64,000 nt of DNA from Podarcis muralis (taxonomy: Eukaryota): positions 35,650,001 to 35,714,000 of the forward strand of contig NC_135663.1 in assembly GCF_964188315.1 (NCBI RefSeq), given 5' to 3'. A model generated the notes under the pieces. That model was not told the origin of the DNA. It did no database searches and saw only the letters and a program-made list of their open reading frames with translations. Positions within the stretch are counted from its first letter, which is position 1, and the number at the start of each line of letters is the position of its first letter. The position numbers and the translations under genes are program-made. Shown piece by piece: positions 59,670 through 64,000 of this stretch.

Positions 59670-59995
59670 GCAAGGATTCAACCCTTTGGTTTGGCAGCAG
59701 CTACTCTTTGGAACTCCCTGCCCATTTTTATTAGGCAGGCACTCTTGCTTTAATGTTTCTGGCTCTTGCTCAATTTTCTTTCAAGCAAGTCTACCCAGAT
59801 ATGCAATTTTTAACATGCATTTTTATTGCATATACTTATTTTAAAACTGCTGGTGTTATTTATATTTTGATGCAAACATGTTTTTCATGTTTGCTTTCAT
59901 CTGTGTTTTTTAATGTATATTTTAGATCATTCTGTGTAAACCCCTTGGAGGCTCTTGTCATCAATTAAGCAGTATATAAAATGTGTGTAATAAAT
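59670..59995 (+). mobile_element. Old L2-like 3' fragment
   Basis: Remnant FGLAAATLWNSLPIFIRQAL followed by an L2-type tail …GCAGTATATAAAATG…AATAAA. Confidence 0.65.
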
Positions 59996-62900
59996 TGTAA
60001 TTAAAGTTCAAAATCTGTACATCTCATTACTCCAAAAAATCACTTCTGTCTTTGGCAGGGCTGCATTCTGGAATTGTCAAAAGATTCCAACAGGCATCAC
60101 TACATTGATTTATCTTTTTAAAAACAGGAAGAGTAAAATGAATGAGAAATTGATTTTTAAAATATAATAAAAATTGATACACAGAACAGCATCCATGGTG
60201 GTAGAGTGGAAGTGAGCTTAAATCTTTCACCACTGTAAATTGTTAATTTATTTCCACCCAGATAATTTGTTTAATTTAATGCCATAACATCTGGAAAGGC
60301 TGCTCATAGCTTTGGTCAAAATGAGCACCAGCTTTGCATGGCAGGAGTTCTCATGTGGAAACCACCAGTACATCTCTAGGTTAAAAGATCTCTGGTTTCA
60401 AGGCTCAGAACAGATCTTTGCCTGAGATTTCAGTGGGCCATTTGCAGCTGCACCAGACCCTAATAAGCCCAGTGGAACAATGGCCTAAGTCAGCTAGCTT
60501 CCCCCAACCTGGTGCCCTCCAAATGTTTTGGACCACCAGATCCCATTATCCCTGACCACTGGTCACGCTGGCTTGCCTGAGGCTGATAGGACTTGAATTC
60601 CAAAGCCTCTGGAGGGCATTGGGTAGTCTAAGCCAAATTATATGTACTACAGTAAAAATCCCAAGGCAAGATGAATTTTATGGTGGTACCCTGAGTAAAT
60701 GCTGATATTGTGGCTTCCAAGTTTGTCCACAACTGTTCTCTGCCATCTACCTTTGACTATTAGGCCTCCAGTTAACGAGGCATTTCCAAACCTAAAATTC
60801 TAGTTACTCCTGCCTGTTTGTTTCAAACCCTGCCCCCCCCCCCCCACCAGAGCACTTGCAAATTGCTGGCAGTCTCAGTTGACCACTTAATAAAAAAAAA
60901 CCTATTCTACAAATCAAAGCTTATTAAAATAGAAGGCTTTCTTTAGCACCGGCATCATTTTGAAAATCAGTACCACATTATGAAAATCACAGGCTGTTGG
61001 ATAGGCTTTAAAGACAGGTGCTTTTAACTTATCCTTTTTTGGTTGGGGGGAGGATTAGTAGACTGCTCCAATGCCATATTATGAAATCACAGGCCTTCGA
61101 CTAGGGTCTTGATAGCCTGCTTAGCAATCTGGTCCCGGACAAAACAGCTTTGATCTCCATCGTGAGGTGGAGAAATACAACCGTGGATATTTTTGACTGT
61201 TCTGCAACTTTGGTGGGAACCATTTGAATGGAGCTAGCAAACCACCAGTGGTCTAAGGACCAGAACCTCTGGTTTAAGAAGTTTCCATGTAGGAGAGGTT
61301 TTCATTTGCTTGTTGGTTAACTTTGGCACATCAGTGCATTTGGATGTAGGTAAGAACAAGGACTGCCTTGTTTATTCAGTGTTAAGTATTAACAGGGCCC
61401 ACACCATTTCATCCACAACAGGATTTTATCTTGCAAGAAGTATGTACATGAGTGGTCTTATGCTAACAAAGGTTCTGCATTTGAGAAAAGAAACTCACTG
61501 AAGTTTGGTTATCTTTTAAAAAAAACATGTGTTCCAGGCTGTTGTTTTTAAAAGGCCACATTTCGAAACAAAGTATTACTGTCTCTGCACCGAAAATTCA
61601 GCCATAGCAAGATGTCTATGTAAAATATAGGTGAAAGTATTTTCTTTTACACAGATGACTACCAGATTTGTCATAAATAAAGGCTTTTTGATAAGCAAAT
61701 GAAACCATCCTCTTTGAGATCCATTCTTTGGTGTGTATTTTTCCTCCAGTTTCTTATATAGCATAGAAATGTAAATTTTGTTATCTCTAGATGTAGAGAG
61801 AGAGAAAGCTGCCGAAAGTTTATTAGAGTGCATTGCCCGGATTTTAAGCAAACCATATCTTATACACACAGTAATGAGTTTTGTTTTAACTGCTTTTGGC
61901 AATTCAATTTCAGTGTCCAGTAAAGCAATTACCAGCTATTCCAACAGAATGAGAAAGCATAACATGACACAGTAAGCATCTTTGTCATTATGTTTTAGAA
62001 AGGCTTGCTCTTAAAACCAGGTGATCGAAAACAAGTGTGGCTGCATATTTGAGGATACAACTGAATATCCTGACTGCTACATATCTGAGGATAGGACCGA
62101 GGGCAGGAGCAGCTATAATGTTTTACATTTAAGAAGATGCACTCATCTCACTCAGCAGCTTATAAATTTGCCCCAAACTGAAATCTCATGTGTGTTAACA
62201 CCAAAACACTTCATTAATAAATCAGTTTAATTGCTTCAAAATGCAACTGACAAAAGGTGCCCCCAATTAATCAGTAACATATTTTAATAATAATACTTAT
62301 TTTAGAATAAGTACTTACACTAACAACTGAAAATCACAAGTGCTATATTAGCATTTCCTCTTGTGTGAGAGTGAAAGGGGGGAAAAGCCCGTAAGGACGC
62401 ATGCATGTATCATCTTAAAAATACAGAGAACCTGTTTCTCACTACAAAACCGCTGTTTTCAGCAATATGCTAATTTATGCAAATATATTTATTAACACAC
62501 TGGTTGATTGATCAGCTAAAACTTGTATGAGTAATTGACAGATTTCTTTAATCATGTGGCAGCCCCCTGTGTTGTTTTTTATGCAACTTTTCATAGTTGG
62601 GATTGTTGGATTTGAAACTTTTATGGGGAGGGGAATGTTTTTAGCTCTCATGGTTGCAGAGGAGGGTTTGACAATACCTTGGCATTAGGTGTCAAAAGCT
62701 CAGAAAATGGGGCAAAAGAAAGGGGGAAAGCACCGGCTGTCATCACTGCTCTAAAGAAGTCCATGCATTCTGCTGCCTTGCCATACAAGAGGTGGCAGAA
62801 AGAGTGTGCAGAGGGAGGAATGGCTGTATGTGGCACATGGAAAGAGCTGCAAAAACTTGAGGGCAATGTGCACAGCTGCAGAGGACTCCATGGCACTGAC

Positions 62901-64000
62901 CTGAGTCATCAGGTCACCTTAGTCACGGCAATTACTGTAGGTAGGATGCCACTTTAGTGCTTGTGGTCACAACACCTAAACCTAAATAATACTGCTAGCT
63001 CAGTATTCCTGCTACTTGTTCTTGACAGCACTTGCAAGGCTTACAGTGCCCATGCCAGAAGAGCAAGCATAAATCAGAAATATAGGAGAGCCTCACAGTA
63101 TCTTAGCAGATAGTTACAGATACAGCGGTGTTTGGGCAAAGAGGTTGGACAGTGAAACTAAAACATGTACCAAAAGGAACTGTAAATTGGAAGAGGAAGA
63201 ACACCCATTATTAGATTAGTTATCCTAAACCATTTACAAACACTGCATCTATCAATCACTTCAATTATGTTTGTAAACAAGACTGGAAGCAAGATACCCA
63301 TAATTATGACCGAAATGTTTTTGGTTTTGGTATTTTTATTTTTTTTAACATTAGCCAAGCAATTGTGTGCATTTAGCTTTGTGAAATGCAATAAGCAACC
63401 TGGCAATTTATTATTTTCTGTAAATTGAAGACAGATTAATCAATCTAGCTACTTTCTTTTGTCACCGATTGCATTTTTAACCCAGAATCTCTGTTTATTT
63501 TGATAACACAAAATGATACAAGGCCCTGAATTAATTTCTGTCTGCTCACTTGTAATATCCAATCTTCGACAATAGTCGGGTTAAGGGAAGAAAAGCACAT
63601 CTAAAATCTTAAAGAATGCCTCTGATTCCTGATTGTTAGTTTATTTTTATATATTTATACACTGGTTTTCTATTCACTTCCATTCATATTTATTTTCTAT
63701 TTCTGTTCAAAGTGGTCAACCACTACATCAGAAAAGTATATGGATCCTTTATCAAATCAGTAAGAATCATAATTTTAAAATGTAGAAAACTAGCACAACA
63801 ACACATTCGTAAGTAACACCAATATATTGGCTAAAAGATCCAGTTCCTTAGTCATCAGAAGTCAAAAGGCCAATTGAAACAGATGGGTCTTATTAAACAC
63901 CTGCTAAATACCAGAAGACCCTGGTGGCTACTCCCAGGAAGAGTGTACAAAAACACAGATATTGTTACAGAAGGTGCCCTATCTCCTTTGCAAACAATAA

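Noticed and set aside
61791-61971. Plus-strand exon-like segment (DVEREKAAESLLECIARILSKPY…) with a CA|GTAAGC donor
   Set aside because: The peptide was not recognised, no phase-compatible neighbours were found, and an equally long ORF lies on the opposite strand.
1-64000. CRISPR arrays, rRNA genes, operons or other prokaryotic systems
   Set aside because: The sequence is vertebrate genomic DNA; no regularly spaced repeat-spacer array or rRNA-like sequence was seen.

Overview
This is vertebrate nuclear DNA, almost certainly from a squamate and most likely a lacertid lizard: it carries Sauria SINE, Squam2/Squam3-like SINEs, BovB, L2 and lizard-type hAT MITEs. The window is AT-rich, repeat-dense and looks intronic or intergenic, with one 140-N assembly gap (6444-6583). 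I could not confidently identify any host protein-coding exon, and nearly all ORFs in the supplied track are spurious or lie inside repeats. Two structures stand out. (1) The only CpG island (about 45450-46670) lies entirely inside a 1428-bp non-autonomous hAT element with 15-bp TIRs and a perfect 8-bp TSD. Its cargo looks like a real housekeeping promoter, first exon and start of intron 1 (ZNF143/THAP11 motif, Kozak ATG, splice donor, old SINE), so this is a candidate Pack-TIR carrying a captured promoter. (2) A full-length 1911-bp poly(A) retroelement (16-bp TSD, L1-like 5' and 3' ends) has one intact 203-aa ORF and no ORF2, i.e. a 'half-L1'-like non-autonomous element. It is nested, together with an L2 tail, inside a Tigger-like MITE. 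The window also holds BovB and other RTE fragments, a solo LTR, about 12 hAT MITEs, many SINEs, microsatellites and several enhancer-like motif clusters. All family names come from recalled consensus features, not database searches.
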